Assembly (NCBI GenBank): GCA_963822445.1
Contig: CAWGHO010000001.1
Location: 288,001 to 352,000 of the forward strand
Source of the DNA: an uncultured Acidobacteriota bacterium
Lineage (GTDB): Bacteria; Acidobacteriota; Thermoanaerobaculia; Gp7-AA8
Length of the DNA stretch: 64,000 bases
Reading direction: 5' to 3'
The notes below the pieces were generated by a model, which had not been told where the DNA came from, made no database searches, and worked only from the letters and a program-made list of their open reading frames with translations. A program made the position numbers and the translations under genes. This document shows, in pieces, positions 8,345-17,837 of the stretch (position 1 is the stretch's first letter; each line of letters begins with the position of its first letter).

Positions 8345-11239
8345 ATGATCCGAAAAAACCTCGCCCTTCTCGCGTTCACCCTGTTTCTCGCCGCGCCCGT
8401 TTTCGGTCAGACGTTCGTCTTCGATCTGCGCGGGAGCCAGGAAGTCCCGCCCGTTCCCAGCACCGCCACGGGCGGGTGTTACGGCGAGCTCAATCAGGGA
8501 GCCGCGACGTTCGCCATGACGTGCGTGCACAACGTCGTAAGCGCGACGGTCATGCACATCCATCGCGCCCCAGCCGGAGCGAACGGGCCGGTCGCCTTCG
8601 ACATGGGCGATCCCTCGAGCGGCTTCGTCAGCGCGACCTGGACGGGCATGACCCCGGCGGACATCGCCGAGCTGCTAGCCGGCAGTCTGTACGTGAACAT
8701 CCACACCGCCGGCCGGCCTGCCGGCGAGATCCGCGGACAGATTCTTCCGCGCACCATCGACACGGTGGCGTTCACCGCGGATGGGTCACAGGTCGTACCT
8801 CCCGGTGCCTCATCGGGCACGGCGAACTGCACGGCCAACCTGAATGACCCCGCGACCGCGCTGGACATCCAATGCACGCACAACGTGACCTCGCCGAACG
8901 CCGCGCACGTGCATGAGGCGCCGTTCGGCGTGAACGGTCCGATCGTCTTCACCTTCCCCAGCCCGGCCTCGCCTCTGAGCGCGAGCGTGCCCATGACGGC
9001 GCGGCTCATCGCGGATTTCGCGGCGACCTTCCTCTACCTCGACATTCACGCCGGAACGTCGGAAGAAGACGCTCAGGAGATCCGCGGCCAAATCGGACTG
9101 CCGCCGGCGGGCGCGTCGACGGGCACGGTCATCATCGAGAAAGCGACGTTCCCCGCGGGCGGCGCGAATTTCGGGTTCACGCAGACCATCACCGCGGTGC
9201 CATTCGTCCTCAACGACGGCCAGACCCAGACGTTTTCCAGCGTTTCTCCCGGCACGTACACCGTGACCGAAAACGATCCATCGTCGGGCGGATACACGCT
9301 CGCCGACGTCTCCTGCGACGATGCCGACAGCTCGGGCAACGTGGCCACGCGCACGGCGACGATTCAGGTCGCCGGCGGTGAAACGATCCGTTGCACGTTC
9401 CGCAACTTCGAGACCGCGCCCACCGATCAGCTCTTCGTCTTTCACCTCTCCGGCGATCAGGAAGTGCCGCCGATCGCGACTGCGGAGCGCGGCGGATGCA
9501 TGGGGCGGTTCGATGCCGTCGCCAGCGAGCTTTCGCTGGTCTGCACGCACAACGTCGACCTGCCGACGGTGATGCACATTCACCGCGCGCCCGCCGGCGC
9601 CAACGGCCCGATCGCGTTCGACATGGGCGAGCCGACCAGCCCCGTCATCGCGACCTGGAGCGGCATGACTCCGGCCGACGTCTCGGACCTCCTCGGCGGC
9701 AACCTGTACGTCAACATCCACACCGCAGGCCGGCCGGCGGGCATCATCCGCGGACAGATCCTCACGCGCACGGTCGACATGGTGGCCTTCACCGCCGATT
9801 CGACCCAGGTCGTGCCGCCGGGAACGAACTCCGCGACCGCGAATTGCACGGCGGACCTGAGCAACAACGCCGACAACCTGGCCATCTCCTGCACGCACAC
9901 CCTGGCCGCGCCCGATTCCGCGCACGTTCATCAGGGCGAGCGGGGAACGAATGGTCCGACGGTGTTCACCTTCGCTTCGCCGGCCAGCCCGATCAACCAG
10001 AGCATGCCCTTGACTCCGCGCCTGGTCGCGGACTTTGCGGCGGAGCTGCTCTACCTCGACATCCATACCGCCGGCGGCGAAGAAGCGTCCCCGCAGGAGA
10101 TTCGCGGCCAGATCGCGACTCCGCTCGTGGTCGTCACCACCGGCACGATCCGCATCCGCAAGGCCACTTCTCCCGCGGGCGGCACCGGCTTCGGATTCAC
10201 CGACAACATCCCTGGCTCCGGCGCGTTCACGCTCAACGACGGCGGCGTGCACACGGTTCTGAACGTGCCCGCCGGCACGTACACGATCACGGAGAGCGCA
10301 ACTCCGGGATACGCGCTGACGGACATCCGCTGCGGCGACAACGACAGCGTCGGCAATCCGTTCACGCGAACGGCGACCGCGAACCTGCAGGCCGGCGAAA
10401 CGGTCGACTGCACGTTCACGAATCTGCGCAACGTCGCTGCGCCGGCGCCGACCCTCTTCGTGTTTCACCTCTCCGGCGATCAGGAAGTACCCCCGACCAA
10501 CTCCACCGCGCGCGGCGGCTGCTTCGGCCAGCTCGATCAGGCCGCGAGCACGTTCTCGCTGGTGTGCACCCACAACGTCGTCGGCGCCTCGATCACGCAC
10601 ATCCATCGCGCCCCCGCCGGCGCGAACGGCCCCATCGCCTTCGACCTCGGCGACCCGGCCAGCCCCATCGAAGCGACGTGGACGGGCATGACGCCCGCCG
10701 AGATCGCCGATCTGCTCGCCGGCAATTTCTACGTCAACATCCACACCAGCGGCCGCCCGGGCGGCGAGATCCGCGGCCAGATCCTGCCGCGCACCGTCGA
10801 CACCTTCTCGTTCACAGCGGACGGCAGCCAGGAAGTGCCGCCGACCGATTCGACGGCAACCGGCACCTGCGGCGCCGACCTCTCCGACAACGCGTTCTCG
10901 GTGTTCGTCCAGTGCTCGCACAACGTCGACGACATCACCGACATCCATCTGCACGACGCGCCGCCGGGCATCGACGGGCCGATCATCTTCAACTTCCCGA
11001 GCACGAACACCTTCAGTGGTGACGTTCCGCTCACGCCGCGCCTCATCGCTGATTTCGCGGCGGGCTTCCTCTACGTGAACATCCACTCGGTCGATTACGA
11101 CACGGGCGAGATTCGCGGACAGCTTCTCGGTCCCGCATTGCCCGCCGTCAACCTGGCGGTCGTGCCGACGGCCAGCGAGTGGGCGCTGATCCTGATGGCT
11201 CTGGGACTGCTGCTCGTGGCTTCGCGGCGCTTGATCTGA
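8345..11239 (+). CDS. Secreted multi-CHRD-domain protein (6 CHRD, 2 Ig/prealbumin-like spacers) with IPTL-CTERM-type tail
   Basis: Signal peptide MIRKNLALLAFTLFLAAPVFG; six (G/S)xQxVPP...HxH...IRGQ units; C-terminal VPTASEWALILMALGLLLVASRRLI. Confidence 0.85.
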   Translation: MIRKNLALLAFTLFLAAPVFGQTFVFDLRGSQEVPPVPSTATGGCYGELNQGAATFAMTCVHNVVSATVMHIHRAPAGANGPVAFDMGDPSSGFVSATWTGMTPADIAELLAGSLYVNIHTAGRPAGEIRGQILPRTIDTVAFTADGSQVVPPGASSGTANCTANLNDPATALDIQCTHNVTSPNAAHVHEAPFGVNGPIVFTFPSPASPLSASVPMTARLIADFAATFLYLDIHAGTSEEDAQEIRGQIGLPPAGASTGTVIIEKATFPAGGANFGFTQTITAVPFVLNDGQTQTFSSVSPGTYTVTENDPSSGGYTLADVSCDDADSSGNVATRTATIQVAGGETIRCTFRNFETAPTDQLFVFHLSGDQEVPPIATAERGGCMGRFDAVASELSLVCTHNVDLPTVMHIHRAPAGANGPIAFDMGEPTSPVIATWSGMTPADVSDLLGGNLYVNIHTAGRPAGIIRGQILTRTVDMVAFTADSTQVVPPGTNSATANCTADLSNNADNLAISCTHTLAAPDSAHVHQGERGTNGPTVFTFASPASPINQSMPLTPRLVADFAAELLYLDIHTAGGEEASPQEIRGQIATPLVVVTTGTIRIRKATSPAGGTGFGFTDNIPGSGAFTLNDGGVHTVLNVPAGTYTITESATPGYALTDIRCGDNDSVGNPFTRTATANLQAGETVDCTFTNLRNVAAPAPTLFVFHLSGDQEVPPTNSTARGGCFGQLDQAASTFSLVCTHNVVGASITHIHRAPAGANGPIAFDLGDPASPIEATWTGMTPAEIADLLAGNFYVNIHTSGRPGGEIRGQILPRTVDTFSFTADGSQEVPPTDSTATGTCGADLSDNAFSVFVQCSHNVDDITDIHLHDAPPGIDGPIIFNFPSTNTFSGDVPLTPRLIADFAAGFLYVNIHSVDYDTGEIRGQLLGPALPAVNLAVVPTASEWALILMALGLLLVASRRLI

Positions 11240-11240
11240 T

Positions 11241-11969
11241 TCAAAGCGGCAGGTGGGCGCGTGTCGAAAGCCACGCGCCCAATACCTCGCCGATGATGAC
11301 CGCGACGACGTCGACGTAGAGGATGCCCGTCGCGGCCATCGTCGAGCGCAGCTTCACCGTTCCCCAGACCATCGGATAGAGCGCGAGCGGACCGAGAAGG
11401 CCCCAGCCGGCGCGCATCCAGAAGAAGATGTCCTTCATCGCGTGAGGCACGAGGGCGACGACTCCCGCGACGAGGAGCACCTTCGCAATCGCCGCGACCA
11501 GCGTGGCAATGGTCAGCCGTTTCAGCGGATCGATGGCCATTCCTCGTACGACGAGGTACCAGTGGCCGAGGATCATGGCCAGGTTGACGCTGCCGAGGAG
11601 GGCAACGGAGGTGAGCGCGCCGATGATGCTCCAGGCGATGTGCGACGGACGAACAGCGGCGTGATACGCGGCGATCGCGGCGATGACGTACGCGACGCCG
11701 AGCAACACCGCGGACGCGCGGAAGATCAACCGCTTCGGATAACGCAGCACGAGGTAGACGAGAACCGTCAGGGCCACGATCGCGCCGTCGGCAACGGCGA
11801 GATCACGGCGTGCTGCCATCAGATGCGCGATCGCGGCGCTCAAAGCCAGCGCGCCGCCGATCAGGAAGATCATCCGGTAGAACTTCACGCCCGCGTTGCG
11901 GCGGCCGACCAGCGGCAGGAACAGATAGAGTCCGGCCGCGAGATCGATCAGGAAGAGTGCGAGGAGCAT
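11241..11969 (-). CDS. Integral membrane protein (about 8 TM), function unknown
   Basis: Hydrophobic 242 aa ORF with AMILGHWYL and TMAATGILY motifs and normal codon usage. Confidence 0.75.
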   Translation of the reverse strand: MLLALFLIDLAAGLYLFLPLVGRRNAGVKFYRMIFLIGGALALSAAIAHLMAARRDLAVADGAIVALTVLVYLVLRYPKRLIFRASAVLLGVAYVIAAIAAYHAAVRPSHIAWSIIGALTSVALLGSVNLAMILGHWYLVVRGMAIDPLKRLTIATLVAAIAKVLLVAGVVALVPHAMKDIFFWMRAGWGLLGPLALYPMVWGTVKLRSTMAATGILYVDVVAVIIGEVLGAWLSTRAHLPL

Positions 11970-11992
11970 GCGACGGCGCGCATGGTAATGCG

Positions 11993-12841
11993 TCAGGCCG
12001 TGCCGATGCGGTTGATTCGCGCGCGGATGGTCATGTCCAGACGAAGCTCGGTCAGCTCTTCGAGCAACACCGCCGCGGTCTGCGTGCGATCGAAGACGCT
12101 CTTGCGCATCGCCTTGGTCACGATCTGATGCAGGCCGAGCGGCACGGACGGCGGCAGTGGCAGCGGCTCGCGCTCGACGATGGCCGCGAGCACGTCCATG
12201 ACGTCGTTCCCCTCGAACGGCGCCTGCTGGGCGAGCATCTCGTACAGAACGACGCCGAGGCTGTAGATGTCGGAGCGGGTGTCGATGATCGGTTCGCCGC
12301 GGACCTGTTCCGGCGAGAGGTAGTACAGCGTCCCAACGAGCGGCCGACGGAGCGGGTCGGTTTCATCGGCACCGCCGGCCAGCGTTGCCACGCCGAAGTC
12401 GAGGACTTTCACGCAGCGATCGCGCCGGAGCATGATGTTCTCCGGCTTGACGTCGCGGTGAACGATCCACGATTCATGTGCGGCGACGAGCGCGTTGGCG
12501 ACGCCGATCGCCGTATCGAGCACTTCCTCGACGGGCATCGGGCCGCGATACATCCGCTGCCGCAGGGTGTCCCCTTCGACGTATTCGGTGGCGATGAACT
12601 GCACGTCGTCGTGGCTTCCGACGTCGAGGATGGTGACGATGTTGGGATGGTTGAGCATCGCCGCGCAGCGCAGCTCGCGGTCGAAATGGCGGATGTCGCG
12701 ATCGGCGGCGTCGCTGCGGCGCAGGACCTTCAGCGCGACCTTCCGCCGCATGACCGTGTCCTCAGCGAGATAGACCTCGGACGACCCGCCTCCGCCGAGG
12801 TGCTGAAGAAGGCGGTACTTGCCCACACGTAAGACACTCAT
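11993..12841 (-). CDS. Hanks-type Ser/Thr protein kinase (catalytic domain only)
   Basis: GGGGSSEVY, VALK, HRDVKPEN, DFG, GTLYYLSPE, SDIYSLG. Confidence 0.92.
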   Translation of the reverse strand: MSVLRVGKYRLLQHLGGGGSSEVYLAEDTVMRRKVALKVLRRSDAADRDIRHFDRELRCAAMLNHPNIVTILDVGSHDDVQFIATEYVEGDTLRQRMYRGPMPVEEVLDTAIGVANALVAAHESWIVHRDVKPENIMLRRDRCVKVLDFGVATLAGGADETDPLRRPLVGTLYYLSPEQVRGEPIIDTRSDIYSLGVVLYEMLAQQAPFEGNDVMDVLAAIVEREPLPLPPSVPLGLHQIVTKAMRKSVFDRTQTAAVLLEELTELRLDMTIRARINRIGTA

Positions 12842-12938
12842 GGATTTGAGCTGGGCACGGTACAGGTTCGCCCCCTCCACGTCGTGTGACGCTGCTCACT
12901 GCCCGAACGGGCACGCATGATGAACGACCCTCGATGCG

Positions 12939-13190
12939 ATGAGCGACCACTGGCAGATGGTTACCAGCCTTCCAACGCCTCTTACCGTCAACAATCGCGA
13001 GTGGCACGTGCGTGTCGAAGGCGTCGAGCGCGATGACGGCACCTGGGCCGGACGGATCGTCTTCGCCGACGGCACGAGCATCCGCGTGACCGATCGCGAG
13101 ACCAGCCAGCCCAATCGGGACGCCCTTGGGTACTGGGCCACGGGGCTGGAGGCGGTGTATCTCGAGGGTGCGCTGGGACGAGCGCGTTAG
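12939..13190 (+). CDS. Small hypothetical protein
   Basis: 83 aa ORF filling the gap between two minus-strand genes; protein-like composition (GTWAGRIVF..RETSQPN..YWATGLEAVYLEGAL). Confidence 0.7.
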   Translation: MSDHWQMVTSLPTPLTVNNREWHVRVEGVERDDGTWAGRIVFADGTSIRVTDRETSQPNRDALGYWATGLEAVYLEGALGRAR

Positions 13191-14089
13191 CGAACCACTT
13201 CGCTGGCCCGCACGAGCCGGAATCCCCGCGCCTTCAACCCCGGCAACACGTCGGCAAGCACCCGCAAGGTCACCGGATACGGATGACCGATCCCGATGGC
13301 CACGCCTCGCTCGTTAGCCGCATCGGCGAGATTCTGAAGCTGCTTCCGCACATTCGACTCGGTGGCGACGTCATCGAGGAACACGTGACGCGTCGCCGTG
13401 GGAACGTTCAACTCCCGGGCAACATCCGCGGCGATGGATCCGCCCGTGGTTCGCGAGTCGATGAAGTACATCCCCGGCGGCAGTGCGCCGATCACGCCGT
13501 TCATGACCCGGCGATCCATCGTCGCCCGCGAGCCCATGTGATTATTCACGCCCCGGGCGTGGGGAATGGCCTCGACGTTCGCGCGCGTGGCACGGGCGAT
13601 CTCATCGTCGGACATGGACGTGAGGATCGCGTTCGCACCCGGCGTCTCGCGCCCCTTCGGTTCCATCGGCAGGTGACAAAGGATCTCGAATCCGCGCGCA
13701 TTCAGTTTCTCTGCGAACTCCGCCGCCCGCGTGCCATTGGGAAGGATGGCCACGTTGACGTTCGGATCGAGGGTCATCACCCGGTCGAGGGGCTGACCGT
13801 CGAAGCCGAGGTCGTCGATGATCAAGACGATCCGTGCTCCGCCTCGCGCGTTAATGGGCTTGCGGGGCGTTTCGGGTTTCGGCGCGATCGTCGCGGCCTG
13901 GGATGTTGTTGGTTGCGGGGTTACGGGGTTTCGAGGTTTCGAGGTGGTGGCTGCTTCGGGTTCCGGTTCACCTCGTAACCCCGCAACCTCGTAACCCCGT
14001 AACACCAGGAAGATAGCGAGTCCCGCGACTGGTACCAATGTCAGCAGCGCAATCGTTTTGAACGAACTTCTTCGTTCATCCGGACTCAC
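13187..14089 (-). CDS. Divergent polysaccharide deacetylase family protein (YibQ/DUF610)
   Basis: IIDDLG, HLPMEP, NNHMGS, FIDSRT, VFLDD, IGIGHP motifs; N-terminal TM anchor. Confidence 0.92.
   Translation of the reverse strand: MSPDERRSSFKTIALLTLVPVAGLAIFLVLRGYEVAGLRGEPEPEAATTSKPRNPVTPQPTTSQAATIAPKPETPRKPINARGGARIVLIIDDLGFDGQPLDRVMTLDPNVNVAILPNGTRAAEFAEKLNARGFEILCHLPMEPKGRETPGANAILTSMSDDEIARATRANVEAIPHARGVNNHMGSRATMDRRVMNGVIGALPPGMYFIDSRTTGGSIAADVARELNVPTATRHVFLDDVATESNVRKQLQNLADAANERGVAIGIGHPYPVTLRVLADVLPGLKARGFRLVRASEVVR
13911..14003. repeat. Inverted tandem-octamer hairpin (GGTTNCGR units) inside a CDS
   Basis: ggttgcgg ggttacgg ggtttcga ggtttcga ... tcgtaacc ccgcaacc tcgtaacc ccgtaac. 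Confidence 0.7.
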
Positions 14090-14820
14090 TTCGTGAACGC
14101 CCCCGCCGGTACCTCGGACGACACGGTCACGTCATCGAGGCGGATGAACTGGCCGCGGCCTTTGAACTCGCGGCGCGTGGAAAGCATCAGACCGCCGATG
14201 CGCCGGTAGTTCTGGAACAGCACCACCGACGGCGGATCCTCGGGCTTCGATCCTTCGAGCTTCATGTGCCACTCGTCGATGAGGCCCGTGTCCTTGTTGA
14301 TCCACATCCAGTACACGTCGCCGGGCGTGAGGCCGACTCTGTCGAACGACAGGCGGACCACCTCGTGCGCGCGGCCGCAGGCGTCGGTCTTCTCGCCGTC
14401 GTAGGTCCGGGTCACGCCGGGATCGAACGCCTTGAAGCCCATCAGCAGCCAGTAGACGTCGTTGATGAAGCGGCGGTAGCCGAAGGTCAGCAGCTCGGAC
14501 GGATCGGTCATTTCCTCGCCGTTTTTCCAGGCCCGCCCCTGCTTCGTGTTCACGTTCATGATCACGTCGACCTCCTGACCCTCGCGGTTCTTGCCGGAGA
14601 CGCGGTAGTCGCCGGTGAAGCGGTCGTAGCGCTGGGGATAGGAGACGGCAATCTTCCCGTCCCGCTCGACGTTGAACGAGAACGCGAAGTAGCGGGCCTG
14701 ATCCCAAGCCGGTCCGGCGAGCACGTCCATTGCACGGCGGGCGGCATCATCGGCGGTAGGCTGTCCGAGAGCGGCAGAAGCAGTGAGCAGAGCGAAGACG
14801 AGTGCACGAAACGACTTCAT
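14086..14820 (-). CDS. Exported hypothetical protein (DUF6503-like)
   Basis: Signal peptide; RFINDVYWLL and VGLTPGDVYW motifs; stop overlaps next start. Confidence 0.7.
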   Translation of the reverse strand: MKSFRALVFALLTASAALGQPTADDAARRAMDVLAGPAWDQARYFAFSFNVERDGKIAVSYPQRYDRFTGDYRVSGKNREGQEVDVIMNVNTKQGRAWKNGEEMTDPSELLTFGYRRFINDVYWLLMGFKAFDPGVTRTYDGEKTDACGRAHEVVRLSFDRVGLTPGDVYWMWINKDTGLIDEWHMKLEGSKPEDPPSVVLFQNYRRIGGLMLSTRREFKGRGQFIRLDDVTVSSEVPAGAFTK

Positions 14821-14826
14821 GGGAAC

Positions 14827-14933
14827 AGTTTATCCCGCGCGCAGACGCGGGATCTCTTCGCGCACTTAGATAGTCCGAGCCACGATCCGCGTTCGTGCAC
14901 CGGGAGATCCCGCGTCTGCGCGCGGGATAAACT
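14827..14933. repeat. Perfect 30 bp inverted repeat (REP/MITE-like) in divergent intergenic region
   Basis: AGTTTATCCCGCGCGCAGACGCGGGATCTC (14827-14856) and its exact reverse complement (14904-14933). Confidence 0.85.
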
Positions 14934-14955
14934 CCAAAATCAACGTAACCCGAAC

Positions 14956-16203
14956 ATGACCAGCGAACGAATCGTGATTACCGGCATCGGCGCGCTGTCG
15001 CCGAATGGCATCGGACGGGAGGCGTATTTCGACGCCGTGAAGCAGGGCCGCAGCGGCATCCGCGCGATCACCCAGTTCGATCCGTCCGCCCTCCCCTGCC
15101 GCATCGCCGGCGAAGTGGACTTCGACCCGGCGAAGTGGGTCGACGCGAAGAATCTGCGGCACGTCTCGCGCGTGGTGCCGATGGCCATCGCCGCCGCGGA
15201 CGAGGCCATGCGCGACGCGAAGCTCGACCCGAGCGCCGTCGATCTCGAAACGCGCCGGCAGATGGCGGTGATGCTCGGCTCCGGCGGCGGCGCGGTGGAG
15301 TTCAGCGAGCGGATGTACGAGCTCTGGTACAAGGGCGCGCTCAAACAAGCCTCGGTCTACTCCGTTCCCTCCGGCACCATCGGCACGATCGCCTCCGAGA
15401 TCTCGATGGCTTACGACCTCCACGGCTACTCGCACCTGATCTCGACCGGCTGCACGTCATCGACGGACGCCATCGGCTACGCATATCGCAATCTCAAGCT
15501 CGGCGTCTGCGATTACGTGATCACCGGCGGCGCGGACGCGACGATCACCGAGGGGGTCATGACCGGGTTCTGCATCATGCGGATCGTCACCAACTCGCAC
15601 AACGACGATCCGACCGCCGGCTCGCGTCCCTTCACCTCGAATCGCGATGGATTCGTGCTGGCCGAGGGGTCGTGGATGTTTGTCATGGAGCGGGAGTCGA
15701 CCGCGCGGGCTCGCGGCGCGCGGATTTACGCGGAAGTCGCCGGATACGCGTCGACCTGCGACGCCTACCACCGCGTGCGCATGGATGATTCCGGCGAAGA
15801 GCCTGCGCGGGCGATGTCGATGGCCATGAAGGAAGCGGCGATCGATCCGACGGACGTGCAGTACGTGAACTATCACGGCACGTCGACCGATCTGAACGAT
15901 CGCATCGAGACCCGCGCCGTGAAACTGGCCTTCGGAAAACATGCGACGAAGCTCGCCGGGTCAGCGACGAAGTCGATGATCGGCCATCCCCAGGGCGCGT
16001 GCGGCGCAGCCGGTGTGGCGGCGACGCTGATGGCGATCCGCGACGACACCCTGCCGCCGACGATCAATCTCGACACGCCCGACCCCGAGTGCGATCTCGA
16101 CTACGTCTCCGACCTCGGCCGCCGGGCGAAGATCGACGTCGCGGTGTGCAACACCATCGCCTTCGGCTCGAAGAATTCGGCGCTAGTGTTGAAGCGCGTT
16201 TAG
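14956..16203 (+). CDS. Beta-ketoacyl-ACP synthase II-like protein (FabF / type II PKS KS-alpha family)
   Basis: RIVITGIG; catalytic Cys in STGCTSS, His in YHGTST and IGHPQGA; NTIAFGSKNSALVL. Confidence 0.88.
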   Translation: MTSERIVITGIGALSPNGIGREAYFDAVKQGRSGIRAITQFDPSALPCRIAGEVDFDPAKWVDAKNLRHVSRVVPMAIAAADEAMRDAKLDPSAVDLETRRQMAVMLGSGGGAVEFSERMYELWYKGALKQASVYSVPSGTIGTIASEISMAYDLHGYSHLISTGCTSSTDAIGYAYRNLKLGVCDYVITGGADATITEGVMTGFCIMRIVTNSHNDDPTAGSRPFTSNRDGFVLAEGSWMFVMERESTARARGARIYAEVAGYASTCDAYHRVRMDDSGEEPARAMSMAMKEAAIDPTDVQYVNYHGTSTDLNDRIETRAVKLAFGKHATKLAGSATKSMIGHPQGACGAAGVAATLMAIRDDTLPPTINLDTPDPECDLDYVSDLGRRAKIDVAVCNTIAFGSKNSALVLKRV

Positions 16204-16869
16204 CACGGCCTCTTTGAACGTCCTGCTCATCGGCACTTCCCCGCCGTCGCGCAGCACGACCAGGTAATCGCCGGAGCGCGTAGTCTTCATCTCCGCGATC
16301 AAGCCGATGTTCACGATGAAGGAGCGATGCACGCGCACGAAGCGTCTGGGATCGAGACGCTGCTCGATCGCCGAGAGTGTTCCGCGCAGCAACGGGCTGA
16401 TCTTCGCCGTGTGCAGGCGGACGTAGTTGCCCGCGGCTTCGAGGAAGCGGATGTCGTCCGCGCCGATGACGGTCAGCTTGCCGTTCGAGCCGACGATGAA
16501 GCGTTCGTCGTGTGACGCTCGCCGCGGCGTCCGCGCGTGAACTCGTCGCAAGGCCTCGGACACGCGGCGCTCGTCGATAGGTTTGAGGATGTAGTCGACC
16601 GCTTCCAGCGCAAATGCCTCGACCGCGTATTCGTCGTAGGCCGTCACGAACACCACCGCGGGCGGATTCTCCAGATCGCGCACCGCGGCCAGACCGTCGA
16701 GTCCAGGCATCTCGATGTCCAGGAAGGCCACGTCCGGCTTCAGGCGGCGCATCGCTTCGGCGGCTTCGGTGCCATTCGCGCATTCGGCGACGATCTCCAC
16801 GCTGTCGCCGAGGGCGTCGCGCAACGCTTCGCGGGCCAGCGGCTCGTCATCGGCGATGAGGGCCCGCAT
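16183..16869 (-). CDS. LytTR-family response regulator
   Basis: ADDEPLAR, FLDIEMP, FVTAYDEYA, RVHRSFIVN. Confidence 0.93.
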   Translation of the reverse strand: MRALIADDEPLAREALRDALGDSVEIVAECANGTEAAEAMRRLKPDVAFLDIEMPGLDGLAAVRDLENPPAVVFVTAYDEYAVEAFALEAVDYILKPIDERRVSEALRRVHARTPRRASHDERFIVGSNGKLTVIGADDIRFLEAAGNYVRLHTAKISPLLRGTLSAIEQRLDPRRFVRVHRSFIVNIGLIAEMKTTRSGDYLVVLRDGGEVPMSRTFKEAVLNALQH

Positions 16870-17837
16870 CAGAGAGGGACCTCGATGCGGACGGTCTTTC
16901 CGTCGATCAGAAAGCGATGATTGTCGCCGTACAGGTTGCGCAGCCGGGAGCGTGTCGCGCCCAGCCCGATCCGCTCCTCTCCTTCACCGAACGGCGGACC
17001 GTCATCGATCACCTCGATCACCAGCCGCTTCTCCCGCCGCGCGCGAATGGTCACCGTGCCTCCGGCTTCGTTCCGCGTCGCGCCGTGCCTGACGGCGTTC
17101 TCGACGATCGGCTGCAGCATGAGCTCCGGCACGCTGCACTCATTCGCCGCGGGCTCGATGTCCCAGACGATACGCAGACGATCGCCGAAACGCACCTGCT
17201 CGATGTCGAGGTAGTGGCGCACGAGCTCGAGCTCCGCGGCGAGGGTGGTCGTCTGGCCGCCGCGGCGCAGGGCCACGCGCAGCAGCGACGCGAGGTCGCG
17301 CGTCACGCGCACCGCCGCATCGGGATCCTTCTTCACCAGCACCGCGATCGACTGCAGGGTGTTGAACAGAAAATGCGGCTGGATCTGCAGCTTGAGGATC
17401 TCCAGCTCGGCCCGAACCAGGTCGGCTTCGGCGGCGGCCCGTCGGCGCGACTCTTCCCGCAACCAGAGCAGCGCGACGATGGCGATGTAGATCAGCAGCG
17501 CGATTCCGGCGCGCTCCCAGAAGCGGTCGGCAAACGTGCGCGCGCTTCGCGTTGGATGAGCGAAGGCGAGCCACCATGCGCTGCATGCGGCATGCGCGGC
17601 GACGACGACAATCGATCCGAGAAAGAGCGAGAGCAGGCGATGCCGGCGCAGGCGAACGAGTCGATCGAGCACCGGCACCAGCGCGGCCCAGAGCAGATAC
17701 GGGACGCCCTGCCAGACCAGCAGCCTCGTGAACGGCACGTCGCGCGGAAACATCCGCCGCGCAACGAGTGCCGAGCCCAGGGCACTCACCGTTGTCGCGT
17801 ACGCGATGACGGCGAGGTCAATCCATCGCCGCTTCAA
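16869..17837 (-). CDS. LytS-family sensor histidine kinase
   Basis: QIQPHFLFNTL, YLDIEQVRFGDRL, LQPIVENAVRHG; N-terminal TMs; TTG start overlapping upstream stop. Confidence 0.9.
   Translation of the reverse strand: MKRRWIDLAVIAYATTVSALGSALVARRMFPRDVPFTRLLVWQGVPYLLWAALVPVLDRLVRLRRHRLLSLFLGSIVVVAAHAACSAWWLAFAHPTRSARTFADRFWERAGIALLIYIAIVALLWLREESRRRAAAEADLVRAELEILKLQIQPHFLFNTLQSIAVLVKKDPDAAVRVTRDLASLLRVALRRGGQTTTLAAELELVRHYLDIEQVRFGDRLRIVWDIEPAANECSVPELMLQPIVENAVRHGATRNEAGGTVTIRARREKRLVIEVIDDGPPFGEGEERIGLGATRSRLRNLYGDNHRFLIDGKTVRIEVPL

Noticed and set aside
8810-11086. 758-aa antisense ORF, and similar long antisense ORFs (2042..3607, 28728..30494, 36618..38315, 38328..40034, 45981..47810)
   Set aside because: Stop-poor shadow frames expected in high-GC DNA opposite well-supported genes; no recognisable motifs.
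8400-11130. Long direct DNA repeats
   Set aside because: Explained by triplication of the CHRD pair within one protein.
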